Origin: Candidatus Heimdallarchaeota archaeon
Lineage (GTDB): Archaea; Asgardarchaeota; Heimdallarchaeia; JABLTI01
Direction: 5' to 3'
Length of the DNA stretch: 64,000 bases
Assembly (NCBI GenBank): GCA_018238155.1
Contig: JABCTZ010000036.1
Span: forward strand, 64,001-128,000
Shown: positions 17,914-27,776 of the stretch, piece after piece
Position numbering within the stretch: position 1 is the stretch's first letter
Layout of the letters: every line of letters begins with the position of its first letter
Made by a program: the position numbers and the translations under genes
The notes under the pieces: model-generated
Seen by the model: only the letters and a program-made list of their open reading frames with translations
The model's database searches: none
What the model was told of the DNA's origin: nothing

Positions 17914-18933
17914 TTGAAAGAGATGAAAATTATCCAAACAGATCAAAAAAAACAGATTACAATCAAGCACATACCATTTTGGCGGTTATTCTGGTTTGCA
18001 AAATTAACAATAAAAATTCATGAAAAGGATCCCATATTCCGTAAAGCACAAGTCAATTTTTCTGAAAGGTTAAAGTTCTTTTTTAGTTTTAGTTGGAAAC
18101 TTCTCTTCCAATCACGTTTCATATTGTTGGAAAATGGTCATGTTTGTGGCACGCTGTCGTTAGATGTTAAACCTGATTCAGTTTTTGTTTTTGCTGTTGG
18201 TATATTTGAAGAGTATCGACGCAAAGGATATGGTAGTTTACTCATGGAATTCACGGAAGATTTTGCAAAAAAACGAAAAATAAATTTTGTTAATTTTTCT
18301 GTTCTGCTTGAAAACAAATCTGCAACAAGTATGTATTATAAATTGGGCTATAAATCTCAAGGAATAGGGTTAACGCTGATCAGGTATATTCAAGAGAAAT
18401 TGGTGTCAATAAATGCAGATGGTTTAATTGATCAATATGGTGCAATAAATTTTAGAAGAGTGATACTTAAAAATGAAATCAAATCAAAAATAATTCATTG
18501 GTGGAGTGAGGAAATTGAAGCTTTTGCAGGTCAAAACGCAAAAGCAAATAGTATTCAAACAAATCTTTTAGACTTTGATTTCAGGAACGAATGGAAAATA
18601 TTCGAAATTATTACTAATGATGAGGAATCTGGGATTGTTGCAATTCTTCCTTCAGATGTTTTCTTAACATTAGTCTTTTTTACTGATCCGAAAAATACTT
18701 GGACGATAAATTGGACTAAATTATTTTTGCACTCACTTGTAAAAGAAAAAATTAGTAACTCCTTAATAAAAAAGAGTACTACCTCACCAAGTTTAATCTC
18801 ACTGAATGCTTCTCCACTAGTTCAGGTTTTTCTAACATATCAGCACAAAGATGCTCTTGAAAAAACAAACAAATCACTCTTTACTCACGATTCAAATGAG
18901 GACCGACAAATTTTTTTCAAAAATCTTGATTAA
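17914..18933 (+). CDS. GNAT N-acetyltransferase with C-terminal extension
   Basis: Motif A YRRKGYGSLL and motif B N..A..MYYKLGY. Confidence 0.8.
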   Translation: MKEMKIIQTDQKKQITIKHIPFWRLFWFAKLTIKIHEKDPIFRKAQVNFSERLKFFFSFSWKLLFQSRFILLENGHVCGTLSLDVKPDSVFVFAVGIFEEYRRKGYGSLLMEFTEDFAKKRKINFVNFSVLLENKSATSMYYKLGYKSQGIGLTLIRYIQEKLVSINADGLIDQYGAINFRRVILKNEIKSKIIHWWSEEIEAFAGQNAKANSIQTNLLDFDFRNEWKIFEIITNDEESGIVAILPSDVFLTLVFFTDPKNTWTINWTKLFLHSLVKEKISNSLIKKSTTSPSLISLNASPLVQVFLTYQHKDALEKTNKSLFTHDSNEDRQIFFKNLD

Positions 18934-19032
18934 ATTATTAAATAGAACAAATCTTTTAACTTTAGTAAGCTTGAAAGAATTAATTGAGTAATCTTATCCT
19001 TATTCTTTATCTAGGTAAGAAGGTGAATTGGA

Positions 19033-19713
19033 ATGACCACGATTGATGAAAATGAGATAATAGTTGATGGAAAAAGTGAAATGATAATTACTCATTCAAA
19101 GAAAAGAATATTGATAGAACTTGCCTTCTTCTTATTTTGGAGTGCAATTGGTACTACATTGATTGTTTTTGGTTCTAAATTCATTTATTCTGCTGAACTT
19201 GGGCTTGGTATTCCCATGATAGTTATTGGCAGTTTTTTTGTAGTTATTTTCTTCGATTCATTTCTTTCTAAATTAACTAACAGAATAATATTGAATCAGA
19301 ACGGGATACAAACTAGAGTTCATATTGGATGGTCTTCTCTATCTTGGAAAGAAATTGAAGCACTTGAAATTGAAAAACGTGCATCTTCACTAATGAAAAA
19401 TGATAGGTCTTCAAGAATAACAATATTGAAAATTGTTTCCAATAATGAGAAACAAATAATATATCCAATGTTTAGATTTCATGCTATTGAATCAGAAAAT
19501 ATTGTTAGCTTGATTAAAGAGTACTTCAAAATCAATAGAGATATTGAACTCAATGAGAAAACAATTAAATTCTCCGGAAATGATGAATTTGAACCTACTA
19601 ATAACTCTGATAAAAACCACTCTTCAAATCTTGAAGATAAAATTGAATCACAAATACCTCCTCGAGTAGAGGATTATGAAATTGATGATGTTCCACCAAA
19701 TTCATCTACATAG
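19033..19713 (+). CDS. 2-TM membrane protein with bacterial PH-like domain and acidic tail
   Basis: Two hydrophobic helices, then RIILNQNGI...LSWKEIEALEI; AGGTGA SD. Confidence 0.6.
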   Translation: MTTIDENEIIVDGKSEMIITHSKKRILIELAFFLFWSAIGTTLIVFGSKFIYSAELGLGIPMIVIGSFFVVIFFDSFLSKLTNRIILNQNGIQTRVHIGWSSLSWKEIEALEIEKRASSLMKNDRSSRITILKIVSNNEKQIIYPMFRFHAIESENIVSLIKEYFKINRDIELNEKTIKFSGNDEFEPTNNSDKNHSSNLEDKIESQIPPRVEDYEIDDVPPNSST

Positions 19714-20716
19714 TTAGTGATGAACAATTTACAATCCATTCATGATGATGATCATAAGACTTGATATCTTCACTATATTTTATCATTCGTAATAAAGATG
19801 ATCGGATATGGAATCCGTATTTCAGAAGGTATTCAAATACTAACCAGTAACTCGAGTTAATACTCATTCTAAAATCTTTTTTACCATTTTTCTGTCCAAA
19901 ATCTTCACAACAAAGAAGAAGAGTATCTAATACTTGCTTATTTTTTTCATCTTTATCAATAACAATTATTTTTACCATTAACGTAGGATTATCTGTATCA
20001 CCCCGTTTATTAGTTATTAATCTGCAATTCGCAAATGCTATAATGAAACCATCTTTCTTTAATAAAATGGTTTCACCTTGATGGTATTTTTCCGTAATAA
20101 CTATTTTTGAAGAATAATCTAATCCATTCTCTATTTTATTTGATAACCAGCTACATCTTGTGAGAGCATCTTCTCGTTGTGATTCATTGGAAAAATATTC
20201 TATTTCAATACTACCCTCTTCAAGTAATTCGTTTAGTTTTTTTTGTTTTTCAGCAGTAAAATTTATTTCCTTTGTTAAAAACATCGTTTGGAAAGCTGGT
20301 TTGAATCCTAATTTACTGTATAAGCCAATATTTGTTGCACTTGAAGTCATCGTTTCTAAACTTAATTTTGTAACATTCTTTTCAACATCGAGATATTTTA
20401 TTGCCCCTATCATTAATTCCTTTCCTACTCCTTTATTTTGATAATCGGGGTGCACACCAAATGTACCTATCCATCCAAATTTTCCCCAAACATGAGCAAA
20501 GATTGCACCGACAACCTTTCTTTTATCTATAGCAACCAAACTTCCATTTGGGTCTAATTCCATATATGGAATGATATATTCAGGTAATCTATATCTTTTC
20601 TCAACATCCTTTCCTCGTCTTTGAATTCTCCATGCATGAAAAGCATCAGCTAATACTTCTATGACTTCTGGCAGATGCTTTTTAGTCATCTTTGTAATTT
20701 TCATATGAATAGCCAC
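19706..20716 (-). CDS. Tandem-domain GNAT N-acetyltransferase
   Basis: GVHPDYQNKGVGKEL, NIGLYSKLGF; degenerate second GNAT ending LLKYGF. Confidence 0.82.
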   Translation of the reverse strand: MAIHMKITKMTKKHLPEVIEVLADAFHAWRIQRRGKDVEKRYRLPEYIIPYMELDPNGSLVAIDKRKVVGAIFAHVWGKFGWIGTFGVHPDYQNKGVGKELMIGAIKYLDVEKNVTKLSLETMTSSATNIGLYSKLGFKPAFQTMFLTKEINFTAEKQKKLNELLEEGSIEIEYFSNESQREDALTRCSWLSNKIENGLDYSSKIVITEKYHQGETILLKKDGFIIAFANCRLITNKRGDTDNPTLMVKIIVIDKDEKNKQVLDTLLLCCEDFGQKNGKKDFRMSINSSYWLVFEYLLKYGFHIRSSLLRMIKYSEDIKSYDHHHEWIVNCSSLTM

Positions 20717-20781
20717 TTCTTAGTTTTTAGCTTAACCAATTTAAAGATTTTTTTTCTAGAAGAACAATTGTTGCTATTTAG

Positions 20782-21288
20782 TCAGGGTTGGAATATTTTC
20801 ATTCCATTTATAATAAATAATGTAATGCCAATTACAACAAGTACTAATCCTAAAACTCGACCAAGAACAAGAGATTTTTTTAATCCTAAACCATTAACAG
20901 TTTTTTCTCCAAGGTGGGGGAGAATAATAACACCAAATCCTAAAGAGATGAATATTAAGAAAACAAATAATAAATTGCCGGAAATAGCTAATGAAACTAA
21001 CAAACTAATAGGAACTAAAATTATAAATAAATAATAGATTAAACGAAAATTATTCGAATATTTGTAGAATCGGATTATTTTTTGTTCATGCTCTTTGGAG
21101 CAATAATAATATTTCTTTTTTTGCTTGTCCTTAGATATTTCGACTTGCAAAAACTGCTCATTTTCATCTTCTAAATTATGACACCAATAACACAATGGTT
21201 CTATTGATTCTTTCAAAGTAGTTTCTAAGTTATTTTGTGGATCCAAAGTTCGTGTATCTTTATTGTTATTTTCAGTATTTCGTGTCAT
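20782..21288 (-). CDS. Membrane protein with N-terminal TRASH/YHS-like metal-binding motif
   Basis: CYWC...YYCSKEH followed by about 3 TM helices. Confidence 0.6.
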   Translation of the reverse strand: MTRNTENNNKDTRTLDPQNNLETTLKESIEPLCYWCHNLEDENEQFLQVEISKDKQKKKYYYCSKEHEQKIIRFYKYSNNFRLIYYLFIILVPISLLVSLAISGNLLFVFLIFISLGFGVIILPHLGEKTVNGLGLKKSLVLGRVLGLVLVVIGITLFIINGMKIFQP

Positions 21289-21489
21289 GAAGAACCACTA
21301 GAGTATTGAAATAAAATCTTTCCCTAAATTTCTATTAAAATCCTACAATTTGAAATCATTATGCTTTTATTCCCAAAAAACAGCTTAATATCAAATAAGC
21401 CATTCATTATACAAATCTTATTCAAAGCAACAAACTTAAAAGTAAAATGCCTATTAATAAAACCATAGAAAAACTATAGGTGAAATATC

Positions 21490-21633
21490 GTGCCCTTCCA
21501 ATGTCCAAAGTGCGGATCAGAAAATATCAAAGAAGTAGAAGACAAATCAAGAGTTTTAGGCTATGCAGGTCATGTGCCCATTTACGCAAAAGTAAAAGTT
21601 TGTAAAGAATGTAGCAACAGGTTTACTGATTAA
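21490..21633 (+). CDS. 47-aa zinc-ribbon microprotein
   Basis: Missed by the ORF track; GTG start after AGGTGA SD; MPFQCPKCGSENIKEVEDKSRVLGYAGHVPIYAKVKVCKECSNRFTD with two CxxC pairs; T-rich tract downstream. Confidence 0.85.
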   Translation: MPFQCPKCGSENIKEVEDKSRVLGYAGHVPIYAKVKVCKECSNRFTD

Positions 21634-21746
21634 TAACTTGAACCAACAAAGTGCCTTAAAGAAAGAACTGATTTTTTTCTTTCTTTTCTCGTGATTTTGA
21701 TAACTGAATACGATTTTTTTTCTTTATTTTTCTTATATATTCAATT

Positions 21747-21938
21747 CTATTCTTGTACCCAAATGACTTTACCATTTGGTTGTGGGACTTGAGTTATTTC
21801 GATGATAATGGGTGGTCGCACACGAATTTTGAGTCCGTATTTTCGTGCAAGTTCATTTAATTTTTCTTTGGTATCTTCTAAAGCATGAACAATGGTTTCA
21901 TCTACTAAAAAATCGAGAGTTTCTTTATCAATGGGCAT
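21747..21938 (-). CDS. Small hypothetical protein (63 aa)
   Basis: ATG preceded by GAGGA; protein-like helix then beta-strand composition; fills an otherwise empty gap. Confidence 0.65.
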   Translation of the reverse strand: MPIDKETLDFLVDETIVHALEDTKEKLNELARKYGLKIRVRPPIIIEITQVPQPNGKVIWVQE

Positions 21939-22096
21939 CTGTATTCCTCATTTACGTTTATACATCAAGTCTTTTTCTCAGTTTCTATAATTAACATTAA
22001 TTTCCTTGAATATTTGGTAATCATAATTTCAATATTCGGTAGATTTTTGTAATATGAATTCCTAGTCAAAGTACCAATTACTCTGAGGAAAAATAG

Positions 22097-22630
22097 TTGA
22101 CCAATGTAACTAAGACTTTACTTAACTCATTTATTACTGCTGTTTTTGGATTAAGTCTATTAATATTTTCTGCTTATTTTATAGACCGTCAACCAGTTAT
22201 GTTTTGGTTTTTAGCTGTTTTAATTTGGATTATTGCCGGTATTATCAATGGACTCCTTTTTACAGGGTGGAAAGAAGCACTAATTTCTGGTGGAATAATA
22301 AGTGGTGCTATTTTTCTTATTGTGTCTATATTTTTGGTATTACTCAGGTTATTATCTGAAGCTATCGTTGAATACTTTTCTGGTCTTGATATTTACCATT
22401 TAGATAGTATCTTTGGTATCTCGTTTTTGATTGGTTTGTTGTTTGCTCTTGTAGGTGGAGCAATTTTTACTGGTTCTGCTATTGCGACCATTTATATTAT
22501 GAGTGGCATAAAAAAGTCAGAAGGCATTCAATCAACTCAAAATTATGAATCAGAGTTATTTGAGCAGTATGAAACAGATGATAGTACTGCTGGTGAGTAT
22601 CATTCCTTTGAAGAGAAGGAGGAAATTTGA
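22097..22630 (+). CDS. Membrane protein (about 4 TM) with acidic C-tail
   Basis: Hydrophobic segments; TTG start with GAGG SD. Confidence 0.7.
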   Translation: MTNVTKTLLNSFITAVFGLSLLIFSAYFIDRQPVMFWFLAVLIWIIAGIINGLLFTGWKEALISGGIISGAIFLIVSIFLVLLRLLSEAIVEYFSGLDIYHLDSIFGISFLIGLLFALVGGAIFTGSAIATIYIMSGIKKSEGIQSTQNYESELFEQYETDDSTAGEYHSFEEKEEI

Positions 22631-22754
22631 GAGTGAAATTTCTACCTGCTCAATTAAAATAATAGGAACTCGTTCACCTAATCGCAAGGTTATTATTTGA
22701 ATCTCGTTACGTTTACCTCGAAATTCGTATATTATATATGATTCTTTGTGATGG

Positions 22755-23189
22755 ATGAAAGAAATGTTTGACCTGCTAGATAAAGAAATAATTGATTTGC
22801 TAAGAGAAGATTCACGAACTACAAATGTCCAAATTGCGAAAAAAATTAAGAGAAGCGAATCGACTGTCAGACAAAGAGTAAATAAATTAGTAGAGAAAGG
22901 AATAATTAAAAAATTCTCTATACTGGTAGATCCAATTGCAATGGGTTTCAATACTATTGCTTATATCGGTATTAATACTCATCCAAGTCGTTTACTAAAA
23001 GCAATAAAAGCATTGAAAAAAATAGATGAAATAATCTTTATTTCCACAACAACAGGTGATTATATGATTCTTTGTCAAATTTGGGCTGAGGATGGTGTAC
23101 ATTTATCTGAAGTTGTTGATAAAATCGAAGAAATCGATGGTGTTTTGGAAGTTTTACCATCAATTATTCAAGAGCGTCATAAAGAGTAG
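22755..23189 (+). CDS. Lrp/AsnC-family transcriptional regulator
   Basis: LDKEIIDLLREDSR...IAKKIKRSESTVRQRVNKLVEKGII HTH; RAM domain TTGDY. Confidence 0.93.
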   Translation: MKEMFDLLDKEIIDLLREDSRTTNVQIAKKIKRSESTVRQRVNKLVEKGIIKKFSILVDPIAMGFNTIAYIGINTHPSRLLKAIKALKKIDEIIFISTTTGDYMILCQIWAEDGVHLSEVVDKIEEIDGVLEVLPSIIQERHKE

Positions 23190-23202
23190 TAGTCGATTCT
23201 TT

Positions 23203-24150
23203 CTATTTTTCTCTAATGAAATCCAATGGATAATGCTTCTCGATTAGATCCTTAATATTTACTCTGGTAAAATTGTTAGCTGATTTTACAATTTTTTCGT
23301 GCAAATTTTTGACTATTTGAACTGCTCGTGCAGCGGGGTCCATTTCTCCAATAATAACACCAATAACATTCATCTTGTTCTTTGTGATAACTAATTGCTT
23401 GCTTTCAACTTGAAGGAGCGTTTCTGCTGTATCGAATCCACTCATTTGTTTAATAAATTTGATTGTCTCAGCACGCCCTTTTTTGAACAAGGTAACATTT
23501 TTAGCTTGTGTCTTTGGTTTTCCAAAGAGTACAGTATCAATCTCCATCCCTTCACTTTTGAAAAATAAGTATCCGCAGATTTTGACATTATTCGTAGGAA
23601 GATCTTCATCTTTACATAATTTTAACGTTAGCCAGTCCCAAGATTCAAAGAGTTGTGCACCTGTTAATGCTGAACATCTAGTAAAATTGTATTTTCGTTG
23701 TAAACGTATGAGTTCACCAAAATCTATTACATCTAACACTTCATCTGTAGAAGCAGCATTTTCAAGATCAATTTTATTTGAAATAAATAAAATAGGTGCT
23801 TTATCATTAAAAGAAAGTGCTCTGTTAAATTCTTCTGAAGCTAATTCAAATCTTTCCTTATCTGCGGAATCTAAAACAAATACAAGTCCATCTGCACTTT
23901 TGATAAATTTCTCCCATAAGGATTCTCTCAAAGGGGTCTGACCACCTAGATCATAAACAATAAATTCCAAAGCTCGATACTTGTATACTTCAATATTAAC
24001 TCCAAAGGTTGGACGAGAAAGAGTAAATTCTGATTTCAATATCCTCTTAACGATTGTTGTTTTTCCCGCACCATCTAAACCAATAATAGCTACTGATTTC
24101 TTCTCAGAATCTTCACTTTTTGTTTTTTTTAATCTTCTAAATAAAGACAT
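23203..24150 (-). CDS. Arf-like small GTPase with C-terminal longin/roadblock-like domain
   Basis: G1 GLDGAGKTT, G2 PTFG, G3 DLGGQ..LR..W, G4 NKID, G5 CSALTG, WDWL; about 130-aa alpha/beta C-terminal extension. Confidence 0.88.
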   Translation of the reverse strand: MSLFRRLKKTKSEDSEKKSVAIIGLDGAGKTTIVKRILKSEFTLSRPTFGVNIEVYKYRALEFIVYDLGGQTPLRESLWEKFIKSADGLVFVLDSADKERFELASEEFNRALSFNDKAPILFISNKIDLENAASTDEVLDVIDFGELIRLQRKYNFTRCSALTGAQLFESWDWLTLKLCKDEDLPTNNVKICGYLFFKSEGMEIDTVLFGKPKTQAKNVTLFKKGRAETIKFIKQMSGFDTAETLLQVESKQLVITKNKMNVIGVIIGEMDPAARAVQIVKNLHEKIVKSANNFTRVNIKDLIEKHYPLDFIREK

Positions 24151-24401
24151 TTGATTAATTCCCTTTGTTTGTGAAAAGATTGTTATTTTGCTTGATTTCC
24201 TTCAATGATATCTTTAGAACGAAACTCATATAGTATCAGAATTAATTCAAATACTAAAAGTTTTAGTTTTGGTAAAAAATCGAAATAATGTTGAAAATAC
24301 AACAATAATCGCTGTCAGTAGATAATTTTTTCTAATAGCAAACAAATAAAAAGTTAAGAGATATGTTATGGTGTAGAATAAAATACTTTAGGTGCTAAAA
24401 A

Positions 24402-25328
24402 ATGAGTCAAGAATATATTATTGAAGTCAAAAACATAGTCAAAGAATATGGCTCAATAGAAGCACTTTCAGAAATATCATTCAATATCAGTAAAGGACAA
24501 ATTTTTTCGCTTCTAGGTTCTGACAGTTCAGGAAAAACTTCATTGATCGAAATTTTAGTTGGATTGCGAAAACCAACTTCTGGAGAAGCTTTTATTTTAG
24601 GTTACAATATTAATAGCAAATTTGAGATGCGAGAGATTAAGAAAAGAATAGGCGCATTACCACAAGAATTCAAAACACATGACAATCTTACAGTGAAAGA
24701 AAATATTCTATTTTGGGGGAAAATGTATGATAAAATGGTTGACCCCATAGAATTAATGAAACTAATGAAACTTGATGATGTAGCAAATATTCGGTACAAA
24801 AAATTATCAAATACATTGAAACAAAAAGTTGGGATAGCTACTACTCTTGTAAGCGATCCTGAGATAATCTTTCTTGATCAACCTACTGCTGGTTTAGATT
24901 ATTATGTTAAGAAGGAAATTTGGCAAGTATTGATGGATATTCGAGACCAAGGAAAAACTATTTTTCTAACCTCTAATGATGTATTAGAACCTCAAGCTAT
25001 CGCTGATCGAGTAGCAATTCTCCACAACGGAATAATAAAAGATATTGGCTCTCCCAACGAATTGATTGATAGATATAGCAATGAAAAAAAATTCATTATC
25101 AGATGTCCTAATAAGGTTATCACACAGAACGCCTTAAATGCTTTACAAGAAATAAAGGTTGTAGAATTTGAAACTGGCGATTTAGTTGTTTCGAGTGATG
25201 AAATAACCTTACTGGAATTACTGGAAAAACTAGAGAAATTTAATGTTAAATATTCAGATATAATTACACAAAGTCCTTCTTTGAATGATGTCTTTCTAAT
25301 TTTAACCGGAGAAGAATTACGTAAATAA
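24402..25328 (+). CDS. ABC transporter ATP-binding protein (DrrA/ABC-2 type) with degenerate catalytic motifs
   Basis: Walker A GSDSSGKT, Q-loop PQE, signature LSNTLKQK, Walker B IFLDQP, D-loop AGLD, H-loop LTSN. Confidence 0.88.
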   Translation: MSQEYIIEVKNIVKEYGSIEALSEISFNISKGQIFSLLGSDSSGKTSLIEILVGLRKPTSGEAFILGYNINSKFEMREIKKRIGALPQEFKTHDNLTVKENILFWGKMYDKMVDPIELMKLMKLDDVANIRYKKLSNTLKQKVGIATTLVSDPEIIFLDQPTAGLDYYVKKEIWQVLMDIRDQGKTIFLTSNDVLEPQAIADRVAILHNGIIKDIGSPNELIDRYSNEKKFIIRCPNKVITQNALNALQEIKVVEFETGDLVVSSDEITLLELLEKLEKFNVKYSDIITQSPSLNDVFLILTGEELRK

Positions 25329-25352
25329 GTACTAACATTTGGTGGAAAAAAT

Positions 25353-26540
25353 ATGAGTGAAGATATTGTCCAATCTGATGAAATCGATCCAAAACCTATC
25401 GAATTATTCATCAGAAAAATAAGAGCTGCCTTAAAACCGGTTGTAAGTAGCTTCAGGAGAATATCGAACCAAATTGGGGGACTTAGTTTAGGATTTTTCA
25501 GATCACCTGGGCTGATTTTTCTCACCATTGTTCTTCCAATCATTTTAACCTTATTATTTGGAGCACTATTTGGCAGTACAATAGATACAAATTATCAGTT
25601 AGATGTTTTTGATAAGGATCAAAGTGAAGCATCAATACAATTTACTAATTATTTGGAAAATAACACTGGTTTGACAATAGAAGTGCTCGATGAAACAAGA
25701 ATAAATCCAATCGAATGGTTAAAAGAGAATACCAAAACAATTCTTTTGGTAATTCCAATGAATTGGGGAGTTTATTTAAACAATTCAGTTTCTACAGATT
25801 TAACAGTTTATTATGATCATTCATCATCATCTGCGAAAACTATTTTGAAAATTATTGAGGAAGCAGTAATCGATCTCAATTTCGAGATTTTAGCAATTGA
25901 TAATACTTTGGGAATAGAAATTGAGGATTTGTATGTAAATAATCTAAAATTCATTGACTCACTTGTTCCTGGAATTATCATGATTTCTGTTTCTACAATT
26001 GCATTAATTACTAGTCTTAGTTATGATATCAACGAAAAACAGAGTGGTATATTACGAAAATTCGTTACAACACCTGTTTTTAAATTCGAATGGGTACTTG
26101 CTAAGCAATTTTGGCAAATAATTCTAGCATTTCTTGCTAGTACTTTAACAGTATTAATAGCATTAATTTTTGACTTTCAAATTACAAAATTACATCCTGT
26201 GATGTTAGTAATAATTTTATATGGTTCATTAACATTTTCTGGCATTGCTATGATACTTGTAAGACTAATTTCTAATCCCGAAGGTGTTATGTTTGCTTCT
26301 GTATTATTTACGATTCCACAAATTCTACTAAGTGGGGCATTAATGCCGATTGATACTTTTCCACTTTTCTTACAATATGTCGCTCGAGTATTTCCAATAT
26401 ATTATTTAACTGAAGGAATGAGAGCATTAATGCTCGGTCCTTCTCAAGGAGTTTTTTGGATCAATTTTTCCATTTCAACAGTTATGGCAATAGGTTTCTT
26501 TGTGATGGGGATAGTAATCACAAAATGGAAACAAGAATAA
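25353..26540 (+). CDS. ABC-2 type transporter permease
   Basis: TM1, large extracellular domain, FIDSLVPGII, EKQSGILRKFVTTPV, SGALMP...P. Confidence 0.9.
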   Translation: MSEDIVQSDEIDPKPIELFIRKIRAALKPVVSSFRRISNQIGGLSLGFFRSPGLIFLTIVLPIILTLLFGALFGSTIDTNYQLDVFDKDQSEASIQFTNYLENNTGLTIEVLDETRINPIEWLKENTKTILLVIPMNWGVYLNNSVSTDLTVYYDHSSSSAKTILKIIEEAVIDLNFEILAIDNTLGIEIEDLYVNNLKFIDSLVPGIIMISVSTIALITSLSYDINEKQSGILRKFVTTPVFKFEWVLAKQFWQIILAFLASTLTVLIALIFDFQITKLHPVMLVIILYGSLTFSGIAMILVRLISNPEGVMFASVLFTIPQILLSGALMPIDTFPLFLQYVARVFPIYYLTEGMRALMLGPSQGVFWINFSISTVMAIGFFVMGIVITKWKQE

Positions 26541-26560
26541 ATAAAGGTGGATGAAAATAA

Positions 26561-27718
26561 ATGGTACCAGAATATCTGCAAAAAATAATCAATTTTTTCA
26601 TACACATGCGTAATAGTTTTAGAAGAATTCGAAACCACATTGGTGTTTCTATACGATTGTTTTATCGATCCCCTGGTTCAATTTTTCTTTTGATAATTTA
26701 TCCCATGATTTTATTACTCTTATTCGGGTCTATCTTTGCTTCTGAAGATGTTTTTACATTCCATTTAGAAGTTCAAGATAAAGATGGAACTGAATTTTCA
26801 GAAGGTCTCATTCAAGAACTAGGCAATCAAGGTTTACTTGATATTCATAGGTTAGATACAACTATAAACCCCAAAGAATATTTGCAAGACAATAATTTAC
26901 ATTCTTGTTTAGTTATCCCACTGAATTGGACAGCAAATAGCTTCAATCCTACTATCACAACATCGAATGTAACTCTTATCCTCGATCCAAACTCCAATCA
27001 AGCGAGCAGAGTTGCTAATATAGTTATTAAAACGGTAAATGGTTATTCTTTTTCTATTAGTACTGAAGAGCCACTTGTTGGCATATCTGAAGTGAATTTT
27101 TATTCAGATTCTATAAGTTATATTGATTTCTTTATTCCAGGAATTATTGGTGTAATTATAATGAATGCTGGCATATTAGGAGTTATCAACCGTCAAGTCC
27201 ATTTCAAAAAATCAGGTTTATTTAGAAAATTAGCTACTACACCAATAACTCGTTGGGAATATGCTGCAGCAGAAATTGGTTGGCAATATATAATTGCCTT
27301 CTTAACAACTCTCCTAACATTTTTAGTAGCTTGGATAGTCTTTTCGTTTAGTTGGGCAAGTTTTGATGAGCTGATTCCTGTTATAATATTCGTAGGAGTG
27401 TTGGTATTTTCAGGAATTGGTTTAATAATAAGTCAGCTTGTTCGAAATCCTAACAATACTTTAGCGGTAGGAACTATCGTAACCATTCCAATGATATTTT
27501 TAAGTGGAATATTTTTCGATATCTCAGGTATACAAGTTTTGGTTGTCATTTCGAAATTCTCACCACTAACGTATATTGTCGAAGCTCTTCGATCTTCCAT
27601 GATAGCTCGAAATTTCTCTTATGCTTGGTTAAATATTGGAATTGCTTTCGCAATAGGTTTAACAGCATTTATTGTTGGAGTATTTCTAACACAGTGGAAC
27701 CAAGATAAAAAACAATAA
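26561..27718 (+). CDS. ABC-2 type transporter permease
   Basis: YIDFFIPGIIG, GLFRKLATTPI, FLSGIFF, SPLTY; paralogous to the previous gene. Confidence 0.9.
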   Translation: MVPEYLQKIINFFIHMRNSFRRIRNHIGVSIRLFYRSPGSIFLLIIYPMILLLLFGSIFASEDVFTFHLEVQDKDGTEFSEGLIQELGNQGLLDIHRLDTTINPKEYLQDNNLHSCLVIPLNWTANSFNPTITTSNVTLILDPNSNQASRVANIVIKTVNGYSFSISTEEPLVGISEVNFYSDSISYIDFFIPGIIGVIIMNAGILGVINRQVHFKKSGLFRKLATTPITRWEYAAAEIGWQYIIAFLTTLLTFLVAWIVFSFSWASFDELIPVIIFVGVLVFSGIGLIISQLVRNPNNTLAVGTIVTIPMIFLSGIFFDISGIQVLVVISKFSPLTYIVEALRSSMIARNFSYAWLNIGIAFAIGLTAFIVGVFLTQWNQDKKQ

Positions 27719-27776
27719 TACTTAGCAACTTCATTTATACTCAGAGTTGAACAATGTTTACGAGGACAAAACTACT

